From Gammaproteobacteria bacterium (GTDB lineage Bacteria; Pseudomonadota; Gammaproteobacteria; Eutrophobiales; Eutrophobiaceae), in NCBI GenBank assembly GCA_965222155.1, contig CBDCTH010000012.1, positions 1,408,001 through 1,472,000 of the forward strand: a stretch of DNA of 64,000 nucleotides, written 5' to 3'. The notes beneath the pieces were generated by a model, which was not told the origin of the DNA, did no database searches, and worked only from the letters and a program-made list of their open reading frames with translations. This document shows, piece by piece, positions 41,577 through 50,736 of the stretch; within the stretch, counting starts at the first letter, position 1, and each line of letters begins with the position of its first letter. Made by a program: the position numbers and the translations under genes.

Positions 41577-41727
41577 TTAACTATCAGGAACAAATATATT
41601 GCTGTCCGTGGCGCCGGTGACAGTCTTGATGCGCACGAATTCCAACAGTTCCTTGCGGGGTAGGGCGTTTAATGCAGACATGATCTTGAGACGCACCGCT
41701 TGATGGATAATGTGGTTTGCCGGGTTC
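41577..41727 (-). pseudogene. Truncated winged-HTH (MarR/ArsR-like) transcriptional regulator
   Basis: IIHQAVRLKIMSALNALP...EFVRIKTVTGATDSN resembles the IH.P.RL.I...F......TDGNL N-half of this family; the recognition helix/wing is absent. Confidence 0.55.
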
Positions 41728-41810
41728 AGAAAAGTGCCAAAATCAGGCGACTGGTTGCACTTATGGCTTGAAGCCGCCAGCAAATAATGTGTAGATATTT
41801 AATTTGTCGG

Positions 41811-42599
41811 TTAATCCCCCGGTTCCCTATCCGGTGTCTTTTGCTTTTGAATGATGTTGGCAATCGTCTGGCGACGTTGCCTGACATTGCTCAGGTTTTT
41901 GTTGGTAAACGGTTCCAGGGCTGTGCAGACCTGTGCCGGAGTCAGGCCGGGTAGGTTGAGTGATTCGGACAAAGGGCGCGGCCCTGCGTCCGCTTGCAAA
42001 TCCAGAAAAGTGATCTTGAGGTTTTTCGTCAGGTGGCCGGACCGAGGCGACTCCACCTGCCAGAATTCAGGTACGCCCAGCTCGCGATAGCCGGCCTGTT
42101 TCTCACGGCTGACATGGGTGAGTGCCACCTCGACCACCAGGTCCGGCGGGTGCGAGTCGCCGTAAGCTTCGATGGTGGTTTTATCCTGATCGGTAGTCTC
42201 AATATAAGCGCTGGCTTTCTCACCAAAGTAAAAACAACAATCTGCTTCATAGCCGGTGTTTTGGGGGTCGGTAGGGCGGCGCCAACGCGCGCTATGCAAA
42301 TTGACACTGTCCATGTTCCGGTCGTAGGCGATTTCTTCAATCAGGTTGTCCAGCCAGGCTTTGATCGTTTCGTGGGCTCTGCTGGGTGACATCAGTATGA
42401 CCAAGCCGCGTACCGGGTCCAACACCACGCGCCGGAAGGCATCCTCCAGGGTCAATCGGGCCAGTTCCAACACGGTGCCTGCATCAGTATGAAAAGCGAC
42501 ATAGTCCGAGCCCAAGGCATTCTTCCTGGGAGTCAGTGTCTCCATGCCAGTATCAGGGCCAGCGTGATTGTCAAAAGGTTGGGGTAGGACAGCACTCAT
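41811..42599 (-). CDS. Uma2 (DUF820) family putative endonuclease
   Basis: MSPSRAHE, EADCCFY, PPDLVVEV, YRELGVPEFW. Confidence 0.88.
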   Translation of the reverse strand: MSAVLPQPFDNHAGPDTGMETLTPRKNALGSDYVAFHTDAGTVLELARLTLEDAFRRVVLDPVRGLVILMSPSRAHETIKAWLDNLIEEIAYDRNMDSVNLHSARWRRPTDPQNTGYEADCCFYFGEKASAYIETTDQDKTTIEAYGDSHPPDLVVEVALTHVSREKQAGYRELGVPEFWQVESPRSGHLTKNLKITFLDLQADAGPRPLSESLNLPGLTPAQVCTALEPFTNKNLSNVRQRRQTIANIIQKQKTPDREPGD

Positions 42600-42703
42600 G
42601 GTTTTCTCCGGTTTCAGGTAAGACAGTGTAGGCAGAAAAAACTGGAAAACGCAAGGCTGTTATCCGGGTTCAATACATGATCTTTTATAGGATAAAATTT
42701 TCT

Positions 42704-42731
42704 ATTTAACATAATATATATTATGCGCATA
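42704..42731 (-). other. dif: dif site (XerC/XerD chromosome dimer resolution site)
   Basis: Minus strand TATGCGCATAA-TATATA-TTATGTTAAAT versus E. coli GGTGCGCATAA-TGTATA-TTATGTTAAAT (25/28; XerD arm perfect); intergenic. Confidence 0.92.
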
Positions 42732-42873
42732 TAATGAGGGGTATTTACTGGTGTTGCCTGTTTTGATCTATTGGAGCATTTCCGGTTTCCTGATATAGTT
42801 GTCATCAGACATTAAATCAGTATCTGACTACCCGGCTCTTCCCAAACAACACCAGATCGAATACTTCAGTTCA

Positions 42874-44193
42874 ATGAGAATTAATTACCTGTTTTTTATT
42901 ACCTTGTTTTTTCTGACATTCAACGCGCAGGCTGACAACTCGTTGCAAGAAACAATACATGAAGACTATGGCTATCTTGAATCGCTTTATATACACCTGC
43001 ACAAGAACCCTGAATTATCCTTTCATGAAGCCGATACCAGCCTGCGGATGGCAACTGAGCTTCGTAACCTGGGATTTACTGTCAGCGAGAAAGTTGGAGG
43101 TTACGGTGTTGTCGGGGTATTGAAAAACGGTGACGGCCCCACGGTACTACTGAGGACGGACATGGATGCCCTGCCCATTCTGGAAAAAACCGGTAAACCT
43201 TACGCCAGCACCGCGACGACAGTTGATGAGCATGGGAATAAGGTCAGTGTCATGCATGCCTGTGCACATGATGTGAATATGACCGTTTTTGTCGGTACGG
43301 CCAGGCGTCTCACGGCTATGGTAGACAAATGGCAAGGCACCCTGGTGATGATTGCCCAGCCTGCTGAAGAACGCGGCGCGGGCGCCCGGGCCATGCTGAA
43401 AGATGGTTTGTTCGAACGTTTTCCAAGGCCCGATTACAACCTGGGCTTACACGTGAGCGCATCCTTCCCGGCCGGGACAGTGATTCACACTAAAGGTTAC
43501 GTCATGGCCAGCGTTGACTCCGTTGATATCACGGTGTTTGGCATAGGTGGGCACGGTGCCTACCCACAACGTACAAAAGATCCAATCGTGTTATCCGCCC
43601 AGATCATCAATACGTTACAGACCTTGGTTTCGCGTGAGTTAAAGCCTATTGATGCCGGTGTTATCACGGTCGGTTCTATACATGGAGGGACTAAACACAA
43701 CATCATCCCCGATGAGGTGAAACTGCAATTGACAGTACGCTCATATACGGATGAAGCACGCTCCAAGTTACTTGGTGGTATTAAACGAATAGCCAAAGGC
43801 CAGGCTATTGCTATGGGACTGCCGGACGACAAATTACCCGACGTTAAAATTGCGGACGAATCAACCCCTTCCACGTATAACAATCCGGAACTGACTGAGC
43901 GTATCGTTAAGGTGTTACAGGCAAAGCTGAATGATGTGCAGATAATACCCGGTGAACCGGTAATGGGTGGAGAAGATTTCTCCCAGTACGGCCGTGTTGA
44001 ACCCAAAATACCCAGCCTGTTCCTGTTTGTAGGCGGCGTATATGCCGACAACTATGCGACAGCCAAGGAAAAAGGTGAAATTCTGCCCTCCCTGCACTCC
44101 CCTTTCTTCGCCCCTGACCCGAAACCGACCATCCTGACCGGAGTTGAGGTGATGACAACCAGCGCCCTGGAACTACTGGGTAAAACCGATTAA
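42874..44193 (+). CDS. M20D amidohydrolase (hippurate hydrolase-like), exported
   Basis: HKNPELSF, RTDMDALP, MHACAHD, QPAEE, GGEDF, LHSP; start moved to ATG 42874, which begins a signal peptide. Confidence 0.9.
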   Translation: MRINYLFFITLFFLTFNAQADNSLQETIHEDYGYLESLYIHLHKNPELSFHEADTSLRMATELRNLGFTVSEKVGGYGVVGVLKNGDGPTVLLRTDMDALPILEKTGKPYASTATTVDEHGNKVSVMHACAHDVNMTVFVGTARRLTAMVDKWQGTLVMIAQPAEERGAGARAMLKDGLFERFPRPDYNLGLHVSASFPAGTVIHTKGYVMASVDSVDITVFGIGGHGAYPQRTKDPIVLSAQIINTLQTLVSRELKPIDAGVITVGSIHGGTKHNIIPDEVKLQLTVRSYTDEARSKLLGGIKRIAKGQAIAMGLPDDKLPDVKIADESTPSTYNNPELTERIVKVLQAKLNDVQIIPGEPVMGGEDFSQYGRVEPKIPSLFLFVGGVYADNYATAKEKGEILPSLHSPFFAPDPKPTILTGVEVMTTSALELLGKTD

Positions 44194-44211
44194 AGCCTGC
44201 GAAGCAAATGA

Positions 44212-46047
44212 TTAACGGGAGCCGTTGTCGGATAATCCACTGATTGTTAAAGACGGAATGTCAAAAGCATACAGTTGCATACTTTGTAACTCTCCTTGCT
44301 GGACAATCACGGTCACGATTTGTCCGGGCCGAGCCCACTTCAACTCGGGACTGACATCGTTTGTACCATAGAACTCGACACCGTCCCAGCCATCAAGCAA
44401 CAGGTAAAAAGTATCACCAACCTGCACGACCCCGGTCACGACGGCCTCAATTCGTGTTTGAGTCGCGCTGTCCTGCAGGTCGATTCCTTTACCCTCACGG
44501 ATCAGGGCATTCTGATAATCCCGCAATGCAGCTGGAACACTCCTGCCAACACCGACTGTCTCGTAGTTACGCACGCTGACAAACGCAAACATCTTGACAA
44601 GACCATCATCCCCCTTCAGGGTCAGAAAGTAAGTGGGCTCTGTCGAGATATTGTACAAGATCGGGTTAGTACCCTTGAAACCCGCTTCTCGTACGCCTGG
44701 TGAATTTTCGGCCGATTTACGTGCGGCTGTCTCATTTGCCCCTGCGATCATGTAGCGGCGCACCTCTTTTGTCCGGGCATCAACCAATACGAATGAATTA
44801 GTGCCCGTGTCCGAGCCGGCTGACTGGATACCGGAGTACCAGTACGGGCGACCGTCAGCCCCGTAGACCAGAGACAGGCCCGAGGTGGTCTGCACAACGT
44901 CCCGCTTGCTGAACAAGGCATTCCAAAAGCCGTGAATGTAGGCCCCCCAGTAGTTAAGTTGCGTATTGACAAGCTGTTCCGGCTGGATACGATCAATCCA
45001 CTCCGGTGTGTCGGCCACTGTATAGTGGTTGATCTCCCCCGACTGCACATCAACAACCAGCACGCCACGAGTGTCACCACCACTGAAACCGATAGTCGGT
45101 TCATATCGGGTAATGACCCAAAAGGGTCGCCCGGCGTTGTCGATCTCAAAGCTGTAATCAGTCAGTCCATCGCTTGCATAACCGTTGCTGCGGACGTGAC
45201 GCACGAGGTAGTCTCCCCAATATCCGCCGGCATCAAGATAACGTAGTTTCAAGGGGGCCAATCCTGACGCCGCCTGTGATGTATCCAGGTCGCCAACAGC
45301 ATCCGAGTCAGCATCGGTCTGCTCGCTGTCGATGGCAGTGACCAGGTAGACCTTGGTCGGGTCGGTGGCACTGACCAGAACATAACCGGGAGTGGTATGA
45401 TTGGTAAACCATTTGAAGAAACCGGTATGTACCAATGGACCTACCCACACCAACTCATTCTCAAAACAGAGAGTATGCTTGGCTCCACTACCGTCCTGAA
45501 CGCCGAAACAGTCGTTGAGGGTCTGGATGTTCATGCTGCCGAGAGCAACCCGGGAACCCAGTCCGGGCTGTTCCTCGATCCTTTTTGACCCGAGGTTATA
45601 GGCAAGTTCTTGATCAACGCGTCGCACTCGATCAATAGCGACTGGCGAGACATCCGCATCGAAGACACTGACGATGGGGACGCCCAAAAGCTTATGGTAA
45701 CTCTTCGCATAGAACAAACTCCACGTGCTCAGCGGTTGCACCAGCAGCAGCATAAAAAGACCGGCTATCACGGGTATAGCGCCTGTTCTTAACAGTGATT
45801 TGCTCGCCTGCCCTGCCCTGGGCCAAAGCAATACGAGCATGATCACCACGCCCAGCAATGTTAATAGAAACCAGTTGCCTGAAAAGTTCCACCTGAAAAC
45901 CGGCATGAACAACCAACCGCACAGGCCAAAAAGAGCGAACGTCAGGCCAGCAGCACTGAGCCGACTGCTGTTATCTTTGATACCTTCGAATGAGAGCAGG
46001 AAAAATGTAATGAGTGCCGCGAAACTGCCGTAGATGAGGAAATACAT
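44212..46047 (-). CDS. Conserved hypothetical membrane-anchored protein
   Basis: Long ORF with AGGAGG RBS, four N-terminal TM segments and a large soluble domain (PEWIDRIQP, PILYNI...PTY, KGDDGLVK). Confidence 0.7.
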   Translation of the reverse strand: MYFLIYGSFAALITFFLLSFEGIKDNSSRLSAAGLTFALFGLCGWLFMPVFRWNFSGNWFLLTLLGVVIMLVLLWPRAGQASKSLLRTGAIPVIAGLFMLLLVQPLSTWSLFYAKSYHKLLGVPIVSVFDADVSPVAIDRVRRVDQELAYNLGSKRIEEQPGLGSRVALGSMNIQTLNDCFGVQDGSGAKHTLCFENELVWVGPLVHTGFFKWFTNHTTPGYVLVSATDPTKVYLVTAIDSEQTDADSDAVGDLDTSQAASGLAPLKLRYLDAGGYWGDYLVRHVRSNGYASDGLTDYSFEIDNAGRPFWVITRYEPTIGFSGGDTRGVLVVDVQSGEINHYTVADTPEWIDRIQPEQLVNTQLNYWGAYIHGFWNALFSKRDVVQTTSGLSLVYGADGRPYWYSGIQSAGSDTGTNSFVLVDARTKEVRRYMIAGANETAARKSAENSPGVREAGFKGTNPILYNISTEPTYFLTLKGDDGLVKMFAFVSVRNYETVGVGRSVPAALRDYQNALIREGKGIDLQDSATQTRIEAVVTGVVQVGDTFYLLLDGWDGVEFYGTNDVSPELKWARPGQIVTVIVQQGELQSMQLYAFDIPSLTISGLSDNGSR

Positions 46048-46203
46048 ACGCTACCTCCTTGAAAAAAGTTAAACCCACCAGGGGTCTGATAGTCCGTTGA
46101 ATACGATTAGCATGACAAGAATACACTGCCTATTATACCCTGTTTCTGAATATCCACAATAAAATACAGTAATATAACAGCAATAAATACGGGTAATGCT
46201 GTA

Positions 46204-47733
46204 ATGGCCACATTTGAAACATTATTGGCGAATTCATTAGAGCGGGCCAGGCAAGTGGCACAGGATAATATCGTACAATCCACCGGCCTGTCACGCACCC
46301 ATAGGGAGCGCCTGCTCAAAGCCGGTTGGTTGACACCGGTGATACGAGGTTGGTATATCCTTGGTCATCCAGGTGAACAAGGTGAAGCAACGCAATGGTT
46401 TGCTTCCTACTGGGCCTTCATTTACCAATACCTGGGCAAGCGATTTGGGGCCGATTACTGCCTGTCGGCAGAATCCTCTCTTGATTTTCACCTGAATCAG
46501 AATGCAGCATCTCCTCAATTAATCGTGATGACGGGCAAAGGCGGTAGCAACCGACTTGAGTTGTTACATCAGACCTCACTATTCATGTACGAAACAACAG
46601 AGTTACCAGATGACAGAGAAATCCGGCTTGGGATACAAACACTGCCTTTAGCAACCGCCTTATGTCGCAGTTCACCTGCCTTATTCAGCCATGAACCCGT
46701 TAAAGCAGAAATCGCACTTCGTATGGTTGATCCGACACAGTTGATTAGAATATTACTTGAGGGTGGTCACCCCAGTATTGCTGGCCGACTCATTGGTGCA
46801 TATCGCTTTTTAGGTGATGATAACGCAGCACGAATTATAGAAAACAGCATGGTCGCTGTCGGACATCAGGTAAGACCTGAGAATCCTTTTGAATCGAATC
46901 AACCGGTTTTCGGAAAGAGAACGGTACGTCTTACCTCATCTTATGCGGCTCGCATTCGAGCGCAATGGCAAGCCATGCGAGAAGCCATCGTTACCCGGTT
47001 TTCGGAACCTCGCGGGTTGACAACAGATCAAACCGCTTCCATGAAGGAAATCGAAGAGCTGTACCAACATGATGCCTACCACTCGTTATCGATCGAGGGC
47101 TATGAAGTTACACCGGAGTTGATTGAGCGTGTACGAACCCGCGAATGGAATCCTGATGCTATTCAATCTGACGCAGAGCAGCGTAGTGCAATGGCAGCAA
47201 AAGGTTACGCCAACGCATTCAGAATTGTCTGCGAGAGTGTGCAAAAAGTATTCGACGGCGGACCCGCCGGAGAAACTGTAAAACAGGATTTACAAGACTG
47301 GTACCAGGCTTTATTTTCACCTGGCGTTCAGGCCGGCATCATCCAACCTGCTGAACTGGCCGGCTATAGAAATGCTCAAGTCTATATCCGTAACTCTGCC
47401 CATGTCCCCTTACCGAAAGAGGCTTTACTCGATGCACTGGACGCTTACTTTGAGTGCTTAATCGATGAACCTGAGCCCATTGTCGGCGCCATACTGGGGC
47501 ATTTCTTCTTCGTTTTTATTCATCCATATATGGATGGTAATGGTCGGATTGGTCGTTTTCTCATGAATGTCATGCTAGTGTCAGGCGGTTATCGCTGGAC
47601 CATAATTCGATCGAATAAATCACGCCGCGAACAATACATGCAAGCATTAGAGCAGGCGTCCGTACATAATAATATTATTCCGCTGGCCGAATTCATCAAG
47701 GTAGAAATGGCGGTGGAATGGAATACAGGATAA
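46204..47733 (+). CDS. Fic family protein with long N-terminal extension
   Basis: Canonical HPYMDGNGRIGR motif; YHSLSIEG. Confidence 0.9.
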   Translation: MATFETLLANSLERARQVAQDNIVQSTGLSRTHRERLLKAGWLTPVIRGWYILGHPGEQGEATQWFASYWAFIYQYLGKRFGADYCLSAESSLDFHLNQNAASPQLIVMTGKGGSNRLELLHQTSLFMYETTELPDDREIRLGIQTLPLATALCRSSPALFSHEPVKAEIALRMVDPTQLIRILLEGGHPSIAGRLIGAYRFLGDDNAARIIENSMVAVGHQVRPENPFESNQPVFGKRTVRLTSSYAARIRAQWQAMREAIVTRFSEPRGLTTDQTASMKEIEELYQHDAYHSLSIEGYEVTPELIERVRTREWNPDAIQSDAEQRSAMAAKGYANAFRIVCESVQKVFDGGPAGETVKQDLQDWYQALFSPGVQAGIIQPAELAGYRNAQVYIRNSAHVPLPKEALLDALDAYFECLIDEPEPIVGAILGHFFFVFIHPYMDGNGRIGRFLMNVMLVSGGYRWTIIRSNKSRREQYMQALEQASVHNNIIPLAEFIKVEMAVEWNTG

Positions 47734-47808
47734 TTGATATGTTTGAGAAATACAGACGGCACCATAAATCAGCGTTTTCAGAATTAATCCATAACCGTCG
47801 ATTTTTCC

Positions 47809-47905
47809 CAGGCGCTCCCGCTAAATCGAGGTTTAAGACACGGGGGACAGATTTAAATCTGTCCCCTGGGAGTCTGGCCATCCCGGGAGTTAGCGGGAAC
47901 TGCTG
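47809..47905 (-). mobile_element. 97-bp MITE (family B, short copy) with 19-bp TIRs and 9-bp target-site duplication
   Basis: CAGGCGCTCCCGCTAAATC ... GAGTTAGCGGGAACTGCTG; flanks GATTTTTCC / GGTTTTTCC (8/9); contains palindrome GGGGACAGATTTAAATCTGTCCCC at 47843-47866. Confidence 0.85.
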
Positions 47906-49245
47906 GGTTTTTCCAGTGGCTTGGCTTGTCGATTATCTCGCGTTATAGCCGCATCCCGGACCGCATCGAATAAGCTGATAGTGACAGTTTGCTTCAGTTC
48001 ATCTTCATGGAACAGTTTAATCCTGCCGTATTCACCATCATAACCGGCCTCGCGGATCACGTCACCTTTGCGCATACGAGCAATAGCCTCGGCGATCAGG
48101 GAGGAATTGGAAAGGTTTTGGATCTCCTCCAGGGGGATGTCATTCAATATCGCCAATTCCGCTCCCAGCTTGTATAACAACTGCTCGTATTCTTTGACTA
48201 CCCTTTTACTGTTCGGACCAACACCCTGCGTCTCGGCAATTACCTTGGGTAAGGGAACCAGGCTGACAAACGGATCGGTGACTTTCGGCCTTTCCTCCTC
48301 CGTTCGATCGGCCAATTCCTGTACACGGTGCATCACGCCCAGGGTCAACGGCTTATTACACACGGGACAGATACCATCGAGTTTACGACTCTCTTCGGGA
48401 GACAGGCGCACTTTGCACTTCCGATGTCCATCCAGATAGTACTTGCCTTCTTCGGGGAAGAATTCCGCACTACCGTCGTACCCTTTACCCGTCTCCAGGG
48501 CGTGCTGCATGGAAAAATAATCCAGGTCGGTAGTGAACATGCAAGCCTCGCGTCCCAGCTTGGCCGGGGAATGAGCATCCGAGTTGGAGACCAGGCGATA
48601 ACGGTCCAGTTCAGATACACGCCGGTTCATCTCAGGGTCAGACGACAGACCGGTCTCTACGGCAAAGATATGCTCCGCCAGATCGCCGTAACACTCACTG
48701 ATTGAGTCAAAGCCGGACTTTGAGCCCAGGACGGCAAACCAGGGTGTCCAGATATGGGCAGGCACCAGGTAGCAGTCCTCACCGGCCTCTAATACAATTT
48801 CCAATAAATGACGGGAATCCAGTCCCAGGATGGGACGTCCGTCAGACTTGATATTACCGATGCGGTCGAGTTTCCGGTTAATGAATTCGGCCTGTGCAAG
48901 GGTCGGCGCATAGATCAGGTGATGGATCTTGCGTGTCTTGTCACCTTTTTTGTATATGGTAGATATCTCGACCGACAACATAAAACGGGTTACGCCATGA
49001 CAACTTCCCGGTAATTTCCCCATCACTTCCTTATCAATATCATCGCGTAAGCGGAACAACCCCGGTTCTGCAGGTACCAGTTTTTCCTTTATTTCGCTGA
49101 ACCAGGCCGGATGGGTAAAGTCACCGGTGCCGATAACGGTGATACCTTTTTTACGTCCCCATAAACTCAAGTGCTCCAAGTCACAATCCTTGCTGGTCGC
49201 GCGGGAATATTTGGAATGGATATGAAGATCGGCATAAAAACGCAT
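47890..49245 (-). CDS. Endonuclease Q family (PHP domain + Zn finger) protein
   Basis: ADLHIHSKYSRATS, GTGDFTH, PAHIWTPW, ETGLSSD, SNSDAHS, GKYYLDGHRKC...CPVC, GYDGEYG. Confidence 0.88.
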   Translation of the reverse strand: MRFYADLHIHSKYSRATSKDCDLEHLSLWGRKKGITVIGTGDFTHPAWFSEIKEKLVPAEPGLFRLRDDIDKEVMGKLPGSCHGVTRFMLSVEISTIYKKGDKTRKIHHLIYAPTLAQAEFINRKLDRIGNIKSDGRPILGLDSRHLLEIVLEAGEDCYLVPAHIWTPWFAVLGSKSGFDSISECYGDLAEHIFAVETGLSSDPEMNRRVSELDRYRLVSNSDAHSPAKLGREACMFTTDLDYFSMQHALETGKGYDGSAEFFPEEGKYYLDGHRKCKVRLSPEESRKLDGICPVCNKPLTLGVMHRVQELADRTEEERPKVTDPFVSLVPLPKVIAETQGVGPNSKRVVKEYEQLLYKLGAELAILNDIPLEEIQNLSNSSLIAEAIARMRKGDVIREAGYDGEYGRIKLFHEDELKQTVTISLFDAVRDAAITRDNRQAKPLEKPSSSR

Positions 49246-49333
49246 GGGTCAAATCATACCTGATAATAAACTGAGCGCGGCCGGAACAGAGAGCATGCAT
49301 TCGTCAGGATGACGATACATGTTTGGCGGACTC

Positions 49334-50305
49334 TCAGGGAATCAGGATCGGAGAACCGACGAGGGAGCGGTCCTCAAGGTGCATGTGTGCCTGAGCAGCG
49401 TCTTCCAGAGGAAAAGATACGCCTGTTTCAACGGTTAGCAGGCCGCTGGTTATCGCCGTGAAATAGCGTTCGGCAGACAACAGCAACTCATCCCTGTTCC
49501 GGGTATACCCATACAATGTCGGCCGGGTCAGGAACAGGTTGCCGCGTTTTGCCAGTTCTAAAACATCCAAAGGGTCCGGTTTCCCTGAAGCATTGCCGAA
49601 GCTGACCATCATGCCCCTGGGCCTGATACAGTCCAGCGATTTCATAAAAGTGGACTTGCCAATCGAGTCATAGGCGATATTGACCCCCTGCCCTTGCGTC
49701 AGGTCTTTTACCTGCGGGATAAAATCCTCCTGGTGCAACAGTACCTCCGTACAACCATTTTCCCGGGCGATTTCCACTTTCTCTTCGGACCCGACCGTGC
49801 CGATCACTATTGCGCCGATCTTGTTAGCCCACTGACATAGAATTCTTCCTGCGCCGCCGGCCGCAGCATGAACCAGTACCGTCTCCCCTGCCTTTAACTC
49901 ATACAGCCGATGAGTCAGGTATTCTGCGGTCAGGCCGCGGGTCAACGTAGCCCCGGCTATCCCATCGGAAATACCGTCCGGCAAAGGCACGAGCACGTTC
50001 GCATCCATCACCCGTTCATCCACGTAAGCGCCTAGTGGTTTTGAGGCATACGCAACCCGGTCTCCGGGTTTGAATTCGCTGATGCCGACGCCGACAGCTT
50101 CAATAACGCCCGAAGCCTGGTCGCCGGGTATGAGCGGTAATTCAGCCGGATATAGCCCGGAGCGGTAATACGTATCGATGTAATTTACGCCGATGGCCGT
50201 ATTCCGCAACAATACTTCACCCGGGCCGGGTTGGCTGACGTGGTTATCCTGGCAGGACAGAACCTCAGGTCCGCCACATTCATTTACAAATACCGCCTTA
50301 CCCAT
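49334..50305 (-). CDS. qor: NADPH:quinone oxidoreductase (zeta-crystallin/MDR family)
   Basis: GVNYIDTYYRSGLY, HAAAGG, SFGNASG, LFLTRPTL. Confidence 0.88.
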   Translation of the reverse strand: MGKAVFVNECGGPEVLSCQDNHVSQPGPGEVLLRNTAIGVNYIDTYYRSGLYPAELPLIPGDQASGVIEAVGVGISEFKPGDRVAYASKPLGAYVDERVMDANVLVPLPDGISDGIAGATLTRGLTAEYLTHRLYELKAGETVLVHAAAGGAGRILCQWANKIGAIVIGTVGSEEKVEIARENGCTEVLLHQEDFIPQVKDLTQGQGVNIAYDSIGKSTFMKSLDCIRPRGMMVSFGNASGKPDPLDVLELAKRGNLFLTRPTLYGYTRNRDELLLSAERYFTAITSGLLTVETGVSFPLEDAAQAHMHLEDRSLVGSPILIP

Positions 50306-50422
50306 GATTGTCCTGTCCGCCTCATCAATTTTTTGTTCTATTATGCGTCACAAAAAAAATATGACAACCGCTAATAATTTACCATGAGTACTCCAAATCA
50401 ATCCACGACATCATTGAAAATT

Positions 50423-50598
50423 CAGCAGTTCCCGCTAACTCCCGGGATCGAGGGCATCCTGCCCTCGTGGAGGGCGAGACGCCCTCCCTCCCAGGGGAAA
50501 ATGCCCGTGACTCCTGGGGGACAGATTTAAATCTGTCCCCTCTGTCTTCGAATCCGGCAAGAATCACTGTATTGACTTCGAGTTAGCGGGAGCACCTG
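50423..50598 (+). mobile_element. 176-bp MITE (family B, long copy) with 19-bp TIRs and perfect 9-bp target-site duplication
   Basis: CAGCAGTTCCCGCTAACTC ... GAGTTAGCGGGAGCACCTG (16/19); TTGAAAATT at 50414-50422 and 50599-50607; internal hairpin doublet 50444-50492 and palindrome 50517-50540. Confidence 0.92.
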
Positions 50599-50736
50599 TT
50601 GAAAATTACGCACTGGACGGTGGCGTCATGGCGAGAATATATGGCTTCGGATTAAAGGGTACGGTCATCGCTTCTTTGTTGCTGTGTCCGTTGTTGAGAA
50701 TGTTACACTTTATCAGGCAACACAGAGCGAAAACAA

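Noticed and set aside
42799-42873. Extended N-termini in the ORF track (also 9886, 5271, 18305, 55093, 63317)
   Set aside because: Downstream ATGs fit RBS position, signal peptides or family N-termini better.
50431-50590. Integron attC site (CGCTAAC...GTTAGCG)
   Set aside because: Ends do not fit RYYYAAC/GTTRRRY, there is no integrase or cassette array, and a perfect 9-bp TSD is better explained by a MITE.
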